Positions 8,220-17,994 of a stretch of 64,000 nucleotides of DNA are shown in pieces. Each line of letters starts with the position of its first letter. Within the stretch, counting starts at the first letter, position 1. The position numbers and the translations under genes were made by a program. The notes beneath the pieces were generated by a model. That model was not told where the DNA came from. It did no database searches and worked only from the letters and a program-made list of their open reading frames with translations. Origin of the DNA: Myxococcota bacterium (lineage in GTDB: Bacteria; Myxococcota_A; Polyangia; Nannocystales; Nannocystaceae); assembly GCA_039028615.1 (NCBI GenBank), contig JBCCHT010000043.1, positions 32,001 to 96,000 of the forward strand, in the 5' to 3' direction.

Positions 8220-9035
8220 TCACGGGGGCGCGGTGTCGATGCAGAACACGATCTCGTGGGCGAAGAGCAGCTCGTGAATCGTGAAGCCGCGCCCCTCGGT
8301 GAACCGACCCATCATCGCACGGTAGGGCTCGACGAGACGTCGGCCCCCGTGCGCACTCACGGCCGGCAAGGACACCACCACGTGCCGAGCCGGGATCGCG
8401 GCCAGCCAGTCGCCGTCGATCTGCGTGGGGTAGTTGCGAGCGAGCCGATGCAGCTCCTTGAGCAAGAGGGCTACGTCGGCGCGCTGCGTCGGGGGGTCGA
8501 GCACGATGTCTCGCACCTCGGCGCCGCCGGGCTGGCCTCGTGCCCGCAGGTACCGGTCGAGGAACTGCACGCGCGCCTCGTGGATGTCGTAGGCGAAGTA
8601 CTGCGTGGTCGCGGGCAAGCCCATCCACGGCATCGCCACCGGGCCCAGCGCGCACGCCAAGTCGAGCACGGTGCCCGGCATGCCCGTCTGCTCGAAGATC
8701 GCGGCGTAGAACTCCCGCACGTAGGGCCAGCGCTCGCGGGTGCTCAGGTGCAACCCGAGCGCCTCCTCGCATAGCGCCTGCTCTCGCGCGGCGTCGCCGG
8801 CCTCGAGCGCCTCGACCACGGCGGGGCCCAGCGTCTCGTAGTCGGGATCGCCCAGGTGATCGGCGACGATGCCATGCAGGCGCTTGCGAACCGCCTTGTC
8901 GAGCGCCTTGCGCTTGCGGTGCTGCGGGAAGGCCTGCTCCACTAGCGCCCGCACCGTGGCCTCCGCGACCGTCCGGTACTTTCGCGAGCTTCGGATCGCC
9001 GCCACCACGGCCTCGATCTGTTCGGCGTCGCTCAC
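8220..9035 (-). CDS. 16S rRNA (guanine(1405)-N7)-methyltransferase family protein (ArmA/Rmt/Sgm/FmrO-like)
   Basis: SRKYR N-terminus, RKRLH, HLSTRER, VLDLACALGP, YFAYDI, DVALLLK.L, VVSLP, terminal E-I-V-F; start moved to GTG 9035. Confidence 0.8.
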   Translation of the reverse strand: MSDAEQIEAVVAAIRSSRKYRTVAEATVRALVEQAFPQHRKRKALDKAVRKRLHGIVADHLGDPDYETLGPAVVEALEAGDAAREQALCEEALGLHLSTRERWPYVREFYAAIFEQTGMPGTVLDLACALGPVAMPWMGLPATTQYFAYDIHEARVQFLDRYLRARGQPGGAEVRDIVLDPPTQRADVALLLKELHRLARNYPTQIDGDWLAAIPARHVVVSLPAVSAHGGRRLVEPYRAMMGRFTEGRGFTIHELLFAHEIVFCIDTAPP

Positions 9036-9133
9036 CGCCCGGAGGGTAGCGCGCCACTCCAACGAAAACGACGCCCCCACAGTGCAGGGACGTCGTCTCG
9101 AAGTCAGGGCTGCCGTAGCCCCGGCGGGACCCT

Positions 9134-10522
9134 CTAGGCGAGGATCTCGGTGAGCGGCGTGGTCGACATCGGAGCGCCGCCACCGACGGACGGAGCATCC
9201 GGGTCGAAGGCCCGCAGGCACGACAGGAGCACGTCGCTCATGTTGCCCTCGGACGGCGTGTTGTTGGCGTCCGGGTCGGCCGCGGCGACCGCCTGGTAGT
9301 GGATGCCCGGGTGGACGAGATGGCCACGCCCGGTGCCCGCCAGGATGATGGGCTGACGACGCACGCTGTGCGACCAACCGATGGAGCAGTCGCTGCTGCC
9401 GTAGATGATGGTCGAGTCGAGCAGGTTGGTGCCGTCGAGGTCCTCGGTCTGTCCGAGGATCTGAATCATCTCGGCGAAGCGCTCCATGATGTAGACGATG
9501 CCCAGGTGATAGGCCTCGTTGCCCTCGTGGCTGAGCACGTGCTGGGTGCTGCCGCTGCCGCTGGAGGACTCGGCGAACGCCGCCTCGCCCGCGAGGGGCA
9601 AGAACAGGTTCGAGGCCACCCGCGTGATGTCGCAGGTGAACGCGTACGCGATGAGCTCGGTCATCAGCTGGTTGGTCAGCGTCAGCTGCTCGGCGTTGAC
9701 CGGCTCGTTGTTCTCGTGGTCGGGCTGGGCCGGAAGATCGCAGGTCGGCGGCGTGGCGGTGATCTTCTGCTCGAGTTCGGCCAGGGCCTCGAAGTGAGCA
9801 TCGAGGCGCTGGTTGTCGAGCATGCCCAGCCGCGGACGCAGCTGGTCGGCATCTTCACGCACGGCATCGAGGATGCTCAGGCGCAGCGCGCTGTCGTCGG
9901 GGGCGGGCACGAACTCGCCGAAGATCGACTGCCACACCTGGGCGGGGCTGGACTGACCGTAGAGCGGGGTGAGGCTGCCCGGCTCGCCGCGCACCGAGAT
10001 GGTGGTGGCCGTGGTGCCGTTATCCGCAGGCGAGAAGCCCTTGGAGCACTGCACCTGCATGGAGCGAATGGGCGTGGTGACCCGCTCGGCGATCGCGTCC
10101 GCGATGACCTGGTCGATGGTGGGGCCGCCGTAGTTCGAGGCGAACCCGGGACCGCCCGTCTGCTGGAAGGTATAGCCGCTGAACGCGGTCATGCCCTCGT
10201 GGTGCGTGATGGCATCGGCACACCGGTTTTGCATGCCGCTGACGATCGACACGTAGTCCTGAACCGGAGCGAAGGGAGCGAGCTCCTCGGAGAGCTCGTA
10301 GCCCGGACCGAGGGTGAGCGGCTCCCAACGGCTGTTGATGATGCCGTTGCCCCAGAAGAAGGAGATGAACCGAGTCGGCAGGTCCTGACCGTTGGCCAGG
10401 GCGGTGCCGTTGCTGTTGAGCATGGCCTCGAGGGGCGGCAGGCCCACCGAGACGGCGGCGCCTCCGAGCAGGCCTCGAAGCATGGTGCGGCGGTTGAGCT
10501 GGAACTTGCGCAAGGGATGCAT
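9134..10522 (-). CDS. DUF1552 domain protein (Tat-like RR leader)
   Basis: LNRRTMLRG...LPPLEAM, TIDQVIA, SILDAV...D..RLDAH, CDITRVAS. Confidence 0.85.
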   Translation of the reverse strand: MHPLRKFQLNRRTMLRGLLGGAAVSVGLPPLEAMLNSNGTALANGQDLPTRFISFFWGNGIINSRWEPLTLGPGYELSEELAPFAPVQDYVSIVSGMQNRCADAITHHEGMTAFSGYTFQQTGGPGFASNYGGPTIDQVIADAIAERVTTPIRSMQVQCSKGFSPADNGTTATTISVRGEPGSLTPLYGQSSPAQVWQSIFGEFVPAPDDSALRLSILDAVREDADQLRPRLGMLDNQRLDAHFEALAELEQKITATPPTCDLPAQPDHENNEPVNAEQLTLTNQLMTELIAYAFTCDITRVASNLFLPLAGEAAFAESSSGSGSTQHVLSHEGNEAYHLGIVYIMERFAEMIQILGQTEDLDGTNLLDSTIIYGSSDCSIGWSHSVRRQPIILAGTGRGHLVHPGIHYQAVAAADPDANNTPSEGNMSDVLLSCLRAFDPDAPSVGGGAPMSTTPLTEILA

Positions 10523-10559
10523 GGCGAAGTGACTCCGTTTTCCGAAAATGCCTTTGTGC

Positions 10560-12290
10560 CTACTTGGGGGCGTCCACCAAGCGGAACAGCGGGTTGACGG
10601 TCAGTTCGACCATGAGTGCTTTGTAGTTGTAGTCGGTCTCGGAGAAGCTCTCGTCCAGGGTGGCGATGCCGGCGGCCTGGTCGAGGCCGGGGTCGTGGCC
10701 CAGCGTGCTGCGGTAGAGATTCCGAACGACGCAGTTCGGAACCCGCGGGTCGTTGCGGATGAGCCCGGCGAGGTCGGCCGCGCCGCCGAAGCTACCCACG
10801 CCGCCCACCTCACCCGAGGAGTCGATGGGAAGCCCGTTGTCGAGCTGTCGGAAGGCACCGATCGCACTGTAGCGCTCGAACGCGAAGCCGATGGGATCCA
10901 TGAGCGCATGGCAGGCCGCACAGCTGTCGTCCTGGTTGTGCTCGTTCTCCAGCCACTCGCGCAGGGTCTGGCCCTCCATCGGTGCCGGCGGCATGACCTC
11001 CACATCGGGCGGCGGCGGCAGGATGTCGGTGCACAGCAGCGTCTCCTGCACGAAGAGCCCGCGTCGCGTGGGCGAGTTGATGTCGGGGTGAGAGAAGACG
11101 CTGAGGAACGCGGGGTGCGTCAGGAAGCCCGCGCGCTGCTGGCCTTCGGGGAAGGACACGAGCTGCCACGGGAACTCGGGTGGATCCATCCCGTACAGCT
11201 GAGCGAGGTCGTCGTTCACGAACGTGTAGTTCGCGTCGAAGATGCCCAGGAAGTTGCTCTCCTCTTCGAAGACCACGTTCTGGATGAGCAAGAGCGTCTC
11301 TTGCCGCATCGCCGCCGCGAGGTCGGGGTTGAAGGTGGGGAACAGCTCGGCGTCCTTGCCCTTGTTCTCCAGCTCGCGGAGCTTGTAAAGCTCGTCGTAG
11401 AACTCGGCGAGACGGGTGCGGGCTTCCGGCCGCGTGAGCATGTCTTCGGCGACCGCCCGAATTTGGCCGTCCTCCGACAGCTGCCCCGACTCGGCCGTGT
11501 CCAGCGTCCCCCCGTCGGGCGTATGACCCAGCAGGAAGAACGACAGGCGCGACGCCATCTCGTAGTCGGTGAGAACGCGGTGCTCTCCGTCTTCGGTCTC
11601 CTCGCCAACCTCCACCACATACAGGAAGTTGGGCGACTGGAAGATGGTGCCCACGAGGTACTTGATACCGGTGAGGAAGTCGTTGCCTCCCCATTCGTAG
11701 GCGGCGTTGGCGATCTCGACGACGTCGGCGATCTCCTCGTCGGTCAGCGGTCGACGCCACGCCATGCGCCCCAGCTCGGCGGCGACCGTGTCGTAGCAGG
11801 AGGGGTCCTGACCATCTGCCACGCAAGGCACGAGGGCGTTGAGCGAGGCCGGCTCGTTCATCACCGCGGTACCCATCGCCAGCGCCGAACTCTCGTACAG
11901 CTCGATGTCGATGGGCGTCAGCGGCTCCTCGTTGACGGTCTGCGAGTCGAAAGTGCCCAGCTCGGGCAGCGGAGGCGGGTTGGCGGCTTCGGCAACCTCG
12001 GCTCCGAGGATGACCTCTACGCTCGCGACGTACTGATCGGGTGTCAGGCGACGAATGCCGCCCGGTGGCGGGAGCACATTCGCGTCGCCCCCCGTGTTGG
12101 TACCGTCGGTTCCGGTCTCGTCTGCCGTGCCATCGACACCGTCGGTCCCCCCCGCGGTGCCGGTCCCGCTTTCGGTGCCACCTGCTCCTCCCCCGCCGTC
12201 ATCACCACAACCAGTGGCAGGTACGGCTAGCGCGAGGAGACATAACGGCAGAGTCAGTATGTGACTGGAACGGAGCGGAAGCGTTTTCAT
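10560..12290 (-). CDS. DUF1592/DUF1588/DUF1595/DUF1585 lipoprotein
   Basis: RRLT..QY, AWRRPL, FQSPNFLY, YEMASRLSFFL, SPTRRG, SCAACH..MDPIGFAFE; start moved to ATG 12290. Confidence 0.88.
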   Translation of the reverse strand: MKTLPLRSSHILTLPLCLLALAVPATGCGDDGGGGAGGTESGTGTAGGTDGVDGTADETGTDGTNTGGDANVLPPPGGIRRLTPDQYVASVEVILGAEVAEAANPPPLPELGTFDSQTVNEEPLTPIDIELYESSALAMGTAVMNEPASLNALVPCVADGQDPSCYDTVAAELGRMAWRRPLTDEEIADVVEIANAAYEWGGNDFLTGIKYLVGTIFQSPNFLYVVEVGEETEDGEHRVLTDYEMASRLSFFLLGHTPDGGTLDTAESGQLSEDGQIRAVAEDMLTRPEARTRLAEFYDELYKLRELENKGKDAELFPTFNPDLAAAMRQETLLLIQNVVFEEESNFLGIFDANYTFVNDDLAQLYGMDPPEFPWQLVSFPEGQQRAGFLTHPAFLSVFSHPDINSPTRRGLFVQETLLCTDILPPPPDVEVMPPAPMEGQTLREWLENEHNQDDSCAACHALMDPIGFAFERYSAIGAFRQLDNGLPIDSSGEVGGVGSFGGAADLAGLIRNDPRVPNCVVRNLYRSTLGHDPGLDQAAGIATLDESFSETDYNYKALMVELTVNPLFRLVDAPK

Positions 12291-13481
12291 CGTGGACCTA
12301 GCGATGAAGATGAGAGACCCGCTGGAGGTGCAGACCAGCGAACCCGAAAACAGAAAATTGAACCCCGGAAACACCGCGCCCGTGTCGCGGTGGGTGGACC
12401 GTGCCCTGACCTACATGGCCGAGGACAACAAGATCCTTTGGCAACGGACGTGGTTATCGCGTGACCTTCGAAAATTTGCCAGAGATATCCTCTCCGACGC
12501 CGAATTCGCGATTTTAGGCGACATCCACCTTCATCGAAGGAAAGGTGAGACATGGCGCTCGGGCTAGTGTCAGTGAAACGCCCAGCCCATCCGTCGATTG
12601 CCAATGAAGTGCCGCGCAGCGGCGATTGGCGGCCACAGGAGACAGCGAACGATCGATCGCAGGTCTTCGTCTGGTGGCAGCGTGAAGGCGTCATCGAACG
12701 CATTGAACTCGGCCGAGTGTTTTTCGAAATGCAGCTCGCGTTTTCGGCGAGCCCTCGCGAGTGCGAGCGCCGAGCTCGATCGTTCAATATGTCGTCGGAC
12801 GTCTTCGGTTTCGCGAAATGATCGACGCATTCGACCGCTGCAGATCTGGCCAGCATGCGTGGCTTCGATCCGATGCATGGCAATAACTGCAAAGTCGATC
12901 TCCGCGTCTGTAGCCGGCGGCCTCGCCGACGCGGGCACGATGCAAACGCTCGCGCGGCGATGGACTCCACCATCACCTCGGTGCTCGCGTTGAAAACTCG
13001 ACCGACCATTCGACGCCGAGTGGACTTACCCCGAGCCACTCGATGCTGACACTTTCGATCGACGTCTTTATCCGCCGCGACGCGCGACCCATTGATGCCG
13101 CATTGAAGGGGCGTGCTTCCTCTTATGAACGCTCGAAATCGCGGTCGACAGTGACCCCTTCGATCCCATTTGGGGCCGTGAATTAGGGATCTCCCCGACG
13201 AAGTTACCGTCCGTTTTCGGGCCATTTCGAAATGTGAACGCCCGGAATTTCGACCGTCGTGGAGCAGGTCTCTGAACAATGAAGGCTGCCAATCCGAGTC
13301 CCCGAACAGCGGTTAGACCGTCCGGCCAGTTGATCGCGTATGCCCCTTTAAACCGCCGATAACTACGTTTTAACGGCGCGCGATCATGACCATGCGAGTC
13401 ATCGATCCACGTTGATCGGGGGGGTGAGTCATGCAATCCCTGATACTGGATTTTCCCACCCCCTGATTGGCAGATCGCTTC

Positions 13482-14579
13482 ATGTCGACCCCCCCGACCG
13501 AGCCCCTCGCCCTTCGCGTTCGAGTCCTCGATGGTCCGCTCCGCGGCGCCTCCCATCCCGTGTCTGGTCGGCTGGCGATCGGGCGGTCCAATGGCTCCCA
13601 TATTCAGCTCGTGCACGACGGTGTCTCCCGCCAGCACGCTCAAATCACCACCGACGATCAGGGGCGCCACATCCTGGTCGACCTCGACAGCAGCAACGGC
13701 ACGTTCATCGGGGGCCGGCGTATCCGGCGTCAGATTCTGAGCCCGGGCACGGTCTTCAAGATCATGCGGGTGAAGCTGGTGTACGAGCCAGCCGTCGAAC
13801 AGCCAGTGGAGTGCGACGACTCGGGCACCTTCGCGGTTCAGCCCACCGACCATCGCACGTTGCGGCAGACCACCGACTACGTCGCGGCGGATCTGCCGTG
13901 CCCGGTCAGCCCCAGCTCGAGTGACGGCGAGGACGCCGACATCCCGATCCCTCAGACCCGAGCCCAGTCTTCCACGGGCCCTGCCGCGCAGGCGCTCGGC
14001 GAGGACCGCCATCGGGTCATCGCCACTCGCCCCGACGGCACGGTGTACGAGGGCAGCCTCGTCGACGACCTCATCGAGTACCGAGCCCTTCGAGCTCGCG
14101 AGCTCCGTGGCGAGACGCCGACCGAAGAGGAGTTCGACCGCACCGCCATCCTCCATGGGCGACTGCGGGCGCCACCGTCTCGCTTTCCCAGCAAGCGCAT
14201 CTTCGAACGATTCAGCTGCCACTTCCCCGCAAAACTTCGATTCGCGGGCGAAGAAGAGATGTCCATCGCCGTGCTCGACCTCGGAGCCGACGGCGCCAAG
14301 ATCCGTGCATACGACCACAACCTACCCCACGGCAAGATCGTGTGGTTGGCGATTCACTTGGTCTCGAGAGGCCGAGCGCAGACGGTTGTGTTCACGGGTC
14401 GGGTGACGTGGACATGTCGCGACCATGTGGGTCTGAGTCTGGGTGGCATGCCGGGCTGGGAAGGCGGTCGAGATCGGAAGATCGAGACGCGAACCCGCAT
14501 GGATCTACGTTCCTCGCTGGAATCACATGGCTCGGTCGGAAGCACGATGAACTCCGCATCGGCTCACGCTCCAACCTGA
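13482..14579 (+). CDS. FHA domain + PilZ domain protein
   Basis: FHA motifs IGR..S..VSRQHA..DLDSSNGTF; PilZ motifs RIFER and DLGADG, with GRVTW. Confidence 0.8.
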   Translation: MSTPPTEPLALRVRVLDGPLRGASHPVSGRLAIGRSNGSHIQLVHDGVSRQHAQITTDDQGRHILVDLDSSNGTFIGGRRIRRQILSPGTVFKIMRVKLVYEPAVEQPVECDDSGTFAVQPTDHRTLRQTTDYVAADLPCPVSPSSSDGEDADIPIPQTRAQSSTGPAAQALGEDRHRVIATRPDGTVYEGSLVDDLIEYRALRARELRGETPTEEEFDRTAILHGRLRAPPSRFPSKRIFERFSCHFPAKLRFAGEEEMSIAVLDLGADGAKIRAYDHNLPHGKIVWLAIHLVSRGRAQTVVFTGRVTWTCRDHVGLSLGGMPGWEGGRDRKIETRTRMDLRSSLESHGSVGSTMNSASAHAPT

Positions 14580-14618
14580 TCGCCCACGACCCGCAGCGCC
14601 TGCGGTATCCTGAGCACC

Positions 14619-16553
14619 TTGTCGAAGCTCGGTCAGCTCCTGTCGTACTTGGAGCGCCCCGACGTCACGGAATTGATCTTCCGATCGGGGTCTCCTGCCG
14701 TGATGCAAGTGGGCAATCGCCAACACCCGCTCACCATCACGCCACTCAAGGTCGCACAGATTCGTCGGTTCTTCGCCGGCACCGAAGTCGTCGATCATCT
14801 ACCGACTTCGAACAACGGCCTCGAGACGCACTCGATGGCGCTGATGGGCACGCCCTACTTGGTGACCATCGGAGGCGATGCACACTCGCTCGAGATCCGG
14901 GTGGGCAATACCGCCAACGAGCCCGAGGCGGCACCGGTGCAAGTCACCGATCAACCCTCGAGCACTCGCGAGCCGCCCACCGAGCAGGGCCAGCACTACC
15001 TGCCTCACCAAGCGCCCACCGACGATCGGCCGGCCCCGCCCAGCGCCGACAGGCCCACGCCCGCCGAGCCCGTGGACTCCGGGCTGGTCATCGAGCGCAA
15101 CGACGACTTCAACGCATCGTTCCACGGCGGCGCCCAGAGCCTGAGCAGCCCCGTGCCCGACGAGCAGCTGCCCCAGATGCCGCCCATCGAGCGCGGCGGC
15201 ATGGTGGTCGACGAGGGCATGCCCGCGGTCGAGATCCCGCGGACGCCTCGGCCCGGGCTGACGCCGGTCGAGTTCCAGGAACAAACGCAGGGTCGGGCCA
15301 GCGCGCTGTCGACCGCCGACCTGCCGCGTCAGACCGCCGAGACGACGCCTGCCCCCCGGCCTCCGCCACCACGCCCCCCCGCCTCGGGCACGCGCACCGA
15401 CACCAGCGCGATGGACGAGCCGCTGCGTCCGAGGTCGGTGCATCCCGGCCTGCGCGAGATCCTGACCGCGGCCAGACAGCACGGGGCCAGCGACGTGCAC
15501 ATCATGTCCGACGCTCCGGTGCGGGTACGCCGAGTCGGTGCGCTCGAGCCCGCGGGCACTCCCGTGCCCGCCGGAGACGTCGCCGACATGGTCGACTCGC
15601 TGCTCGAGCCCCGGCACCGCGCCCAGCTCGAGTCCCTGGGCTACGCCGACCTCGGCTCCGAGCTGGAGGGCGCGGGCCGACTTCGCATCAACATCAACCG
15701 CCAGCGCACCGGGCTGAAGATCTGCGTTCGCCTGGTCGTCACCGTGCCCCCGTCGCTCGAGGCGCTGGGCCTGCCGCCCGAGGTCCGCAAGCTGACCACC
15801 CATCACCAGGGGCTGGCGATCATCTCGGGGCCCAACGGGCACGGCAAGACGACCACCATGTCGGCGCTGGTCGACATGTTCAATGCCCACAAGGCGCAGC
15901 ACATCATCACGGTGGAAGACCCGGTCGAGGTCATCCACCCGCGCAAGCAGGCGCTCGTCACTCAGCGCGAGGTGGGCACGCACACCAGGAGCTTCGAAGC
16001 CGCCCTGGCCGCTTCCCTCCGCGAAGACCCCGACATCATCGCCATCGGTGAGCTCCGGGACCGCGAGACGGTGGAGATGGCCTTGTCCGCCTCGGAGACG
16101 GGACACCTGGTGCTCGCCACCATGAGCACGCCTTCGGGGGCCAAGACCATCGACCGGGTCATCGACATGTTCCCGCCCGACGATCAGTCGCAGGTTCGAG
16201 CCACGCTGGCGGGCGCCCTCAAGCTGGTGATCAGCCAACGCCTGCTGCGTCGCGCCGACGGCCGCGGGCTGGTGGCCGCCTACGAGATGATCACGGGCAA
16301 CGTCCCGCTGTGGACGCTCATCCGCGACAGCAAGCTCTTCCAGCTGCCCAGCTTGCTGCAGCGCGGCCGCAACTTCGGCATGATCCGCCTCGAGGACTCC
16401 TTGCGGGAGCTGCTCGACAAGGGCGTCATCGACCGCGCGGAAGCGGAGCTATACGCCGAAGATCCTCGCGCCCTCTCGCCTACGCCTTCCGCCCAGCCTC
16501 CACCGCCTCCGCCGCCCAAGAAAGAGGGCTGGCGTTTCGGTCGCGGCCGCTGA
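14619..16553 (+). CDS. PilT/PilU-family type IV pilus ATPase with an extra N-terminal domain and Pro-rich linker
   Basis: ASDVHI, Walker A GPNGHGKTTT, TVEDPVE, Walker B DPDIIAIGELRD, GHLVLAT. Confidence 0.9.
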   Translation: MSKLGQLLSYLERPDVTELIFRSGSPAVMQVGNRQHPLTITPLKVAQIRRFFAGTEVVDHLPTSNNGLETHSMALMGTPYLVTIGGDAHSLEIRVGNTANEPEAAPVQVTDQPSSTREPPTEQGQHYLPHQAPTDDRPAPPSADRPTPAEPVDSGLVIERNDDFNASFHGGAQSLSSPVPDEQLPQMPPIERGGMVVDEGMPAVEIPRTPRPGLTPVEFQEQTQGRASALSTADLPRQTAETTPAPRPPPPRPPASGTRTDTSAMDEPLRPRSVHPGLREILTAARQHGASDVHIMSDAPVRVRRVGALEPAGTPVPAGDVADMVDSLLEPRHRAQLESLGYADLGSELEGAGRLRININRQRTGLKICVRLVVTVPPSLEALGLPPEVRKLTTHHQGLAIISGPNGHGKTTTMSALVDMFNAHKAQHIITVEDPVEVIHPRKQALVTQREVGTHTRSFEAALAASLREDPDIIAIGELRDRETVEMALSASETGHLVLATMSTPSGAKTIDRVIDMFPPDDQSQVRATLAGALKLVISQRLLRRADGRGLVAAYEMITGNVPLWTLIRDSKLFQLPSLLQRGRNFGMIRLEDSLRELLDKGVIDRAEAELYAEDPRALSPTPSAQPPPPPPPKKEGWRFGRGR

Positions 16554-16568
16554 GAGTTCAGGCTCGCC

Positions 16569-17648
16569 ATGGCAAGCATCGACGCACTCTTCGACCAGCT
16601 GATGTCTCAGGGAGGCTCGGACCTCCACCTGTCGGTCGGCTACCCGCCCACGATTCGCCTGCGCGGCCTCTTGCATCCGCTGCGCGACGAACCGCTCGAC
16701 CACGCCGAGATGAACCAGCTGCTGTACGGGATCTTGGACGACCGTCGGCGGGCCGAGTTCGAGGAGCGCCACGACCTCGACTTTGCCTACGCCTACGGCG
16801 ACAAGGCCCGCTTCCGGGCGAACTACCTGATGAAGACGACCGGGCCCGGGGCGGTGTTTCGGACCATTCCGAGCAAGGTGCCCACCACCGAACAGCTCGG
16901 CGTGCCCGAGGCCATCGTCCGGCTCGCGGAGCGCCGCGCCGGCCTGGTGCTCGTCACCGGCCCCACGGGCAGCGGCAAGAGCACGACGCTGGCCTCACTC
17001 ATCTCGCACATCAACCACTCGCGACCGGGGCATATCCTCACCATCGAGGATCCCGTCGAGTTCGTGCATCAGCCCGTGCGCTGCCAGATCACGCACCGCG
17101 AAGTCGGCCTCGACACCCCGAGCTTCGCCGATGCGATTCGCTCGGCCGGTCGTGAGAACGCAGATGTCATCTTGGTCGGCGAGCTTCGAGGCCAAGAGAC
17201 CATGCGCATGGCACTGCAGCTGGCGAGCTACGGCGTGCTGGTGTTCGCCACCGTGCACACCAACTCCGCCGCGGCGACCATCGATCGCTTCGTCAACGCG
17301 TTCCCGGCCGGCCAGCAGCCGGCCATTCGCGGCATGCTCTCCGACGCGCTCGCGGGCATCGTGGCCCAGCAGCTGCTACGCACCGCCGACGGCAGCAAGC
17401 GCGTGGCCGTGCACGAGATCTTGGTGGGCACCACGGGCGTCGCCTCGGCGATTCGCGAGTCGAAGACTTCGATGATCTCGAGCTTGATCCAAGGGGGTGG
17501 TCGCGAGGGCATGCAGAGCATGGACAAGGCCCTGCAAGCACTCCTCGACGAGGGCACCATCAGCCCACTCGATGCCCTCGACAAGGCCCTCGACAAGGAA
17601 GCGTTTCAGCGCTTGCCGAAGGTTCGCCACGCCTTGGACAACGCTTGA
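16569..17648 (+). CDS. pilT: PilT-family twitching-motility ATPase
   Basis: GSDLHL, GPTGSGKSTT, TIEDPVE, ILVGELR, ATVHT, GMQSMD. Confidence 0.9.
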   Translation: MASIDALFDQLMSQGGSDLHLSVGYPPTIRLRGLLHPLRDEPLDHAEMNQLLYGILDDRRRAEFEERHDLDFAYAYGDKARFRANYLMKTTGPGAVFRTIPSKVPTTEQLGVPEAIVRLAERRAGLVLVTGPTGSGKSTTLASLISHINHSRPGHILTIEDPVEFVHQPVRCQITHREVGLDTPSFADAIRSAGRENADVILVGELRGQETMRMALQLASYGVLVFATVHTNSAAATIDRFVNAFPAGQQPAIRGMLSDALAGIVAQQLLRTADGSKRVAVHEILVGTTGVASAIRESKTSMISSLIQGGGREGMQSMDKALQALLDEGTISPLDALDKALDKEAFQRLPKVRHALDNA

Positions 17649-17994
17649 ATGCACCAGTGTTGACCGCCGGATAAAGAGGCGGATCGACGACCGATCGGAT
17701 CGCTCGTTTTGCTCCTCATGATGCGATCTCGATGAGGGTGCAGGTATGCCGAAAGCGACCTCGGGTCCGGTGTCCTGCGGTGTGACCAACGGGGGAACAG
17801 ATGTACGCAAGACGGACGGTTTGGACGGGTCAGATCGTCGGGTATCCCCTGGAATTGTGGAAAATAGCAACGATTTCGAGCGACATTACAACTGACAGTG
17901 CTACTTGTTCTGGTCGTAGGCTCCGCGATTCCTCGGCTCTCAGTTTCGGTGGTCCCCGTCCACGCCGAACCAGCCGAAGGGGCCACCCGTCCCC

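Noticed and set aside
12287..13279. 330-aa minus-strand ORF and nested 12570-12938 ORF
   Set aside because: No host-like codon bias and no recognisable domain; kept only as an unexplained region
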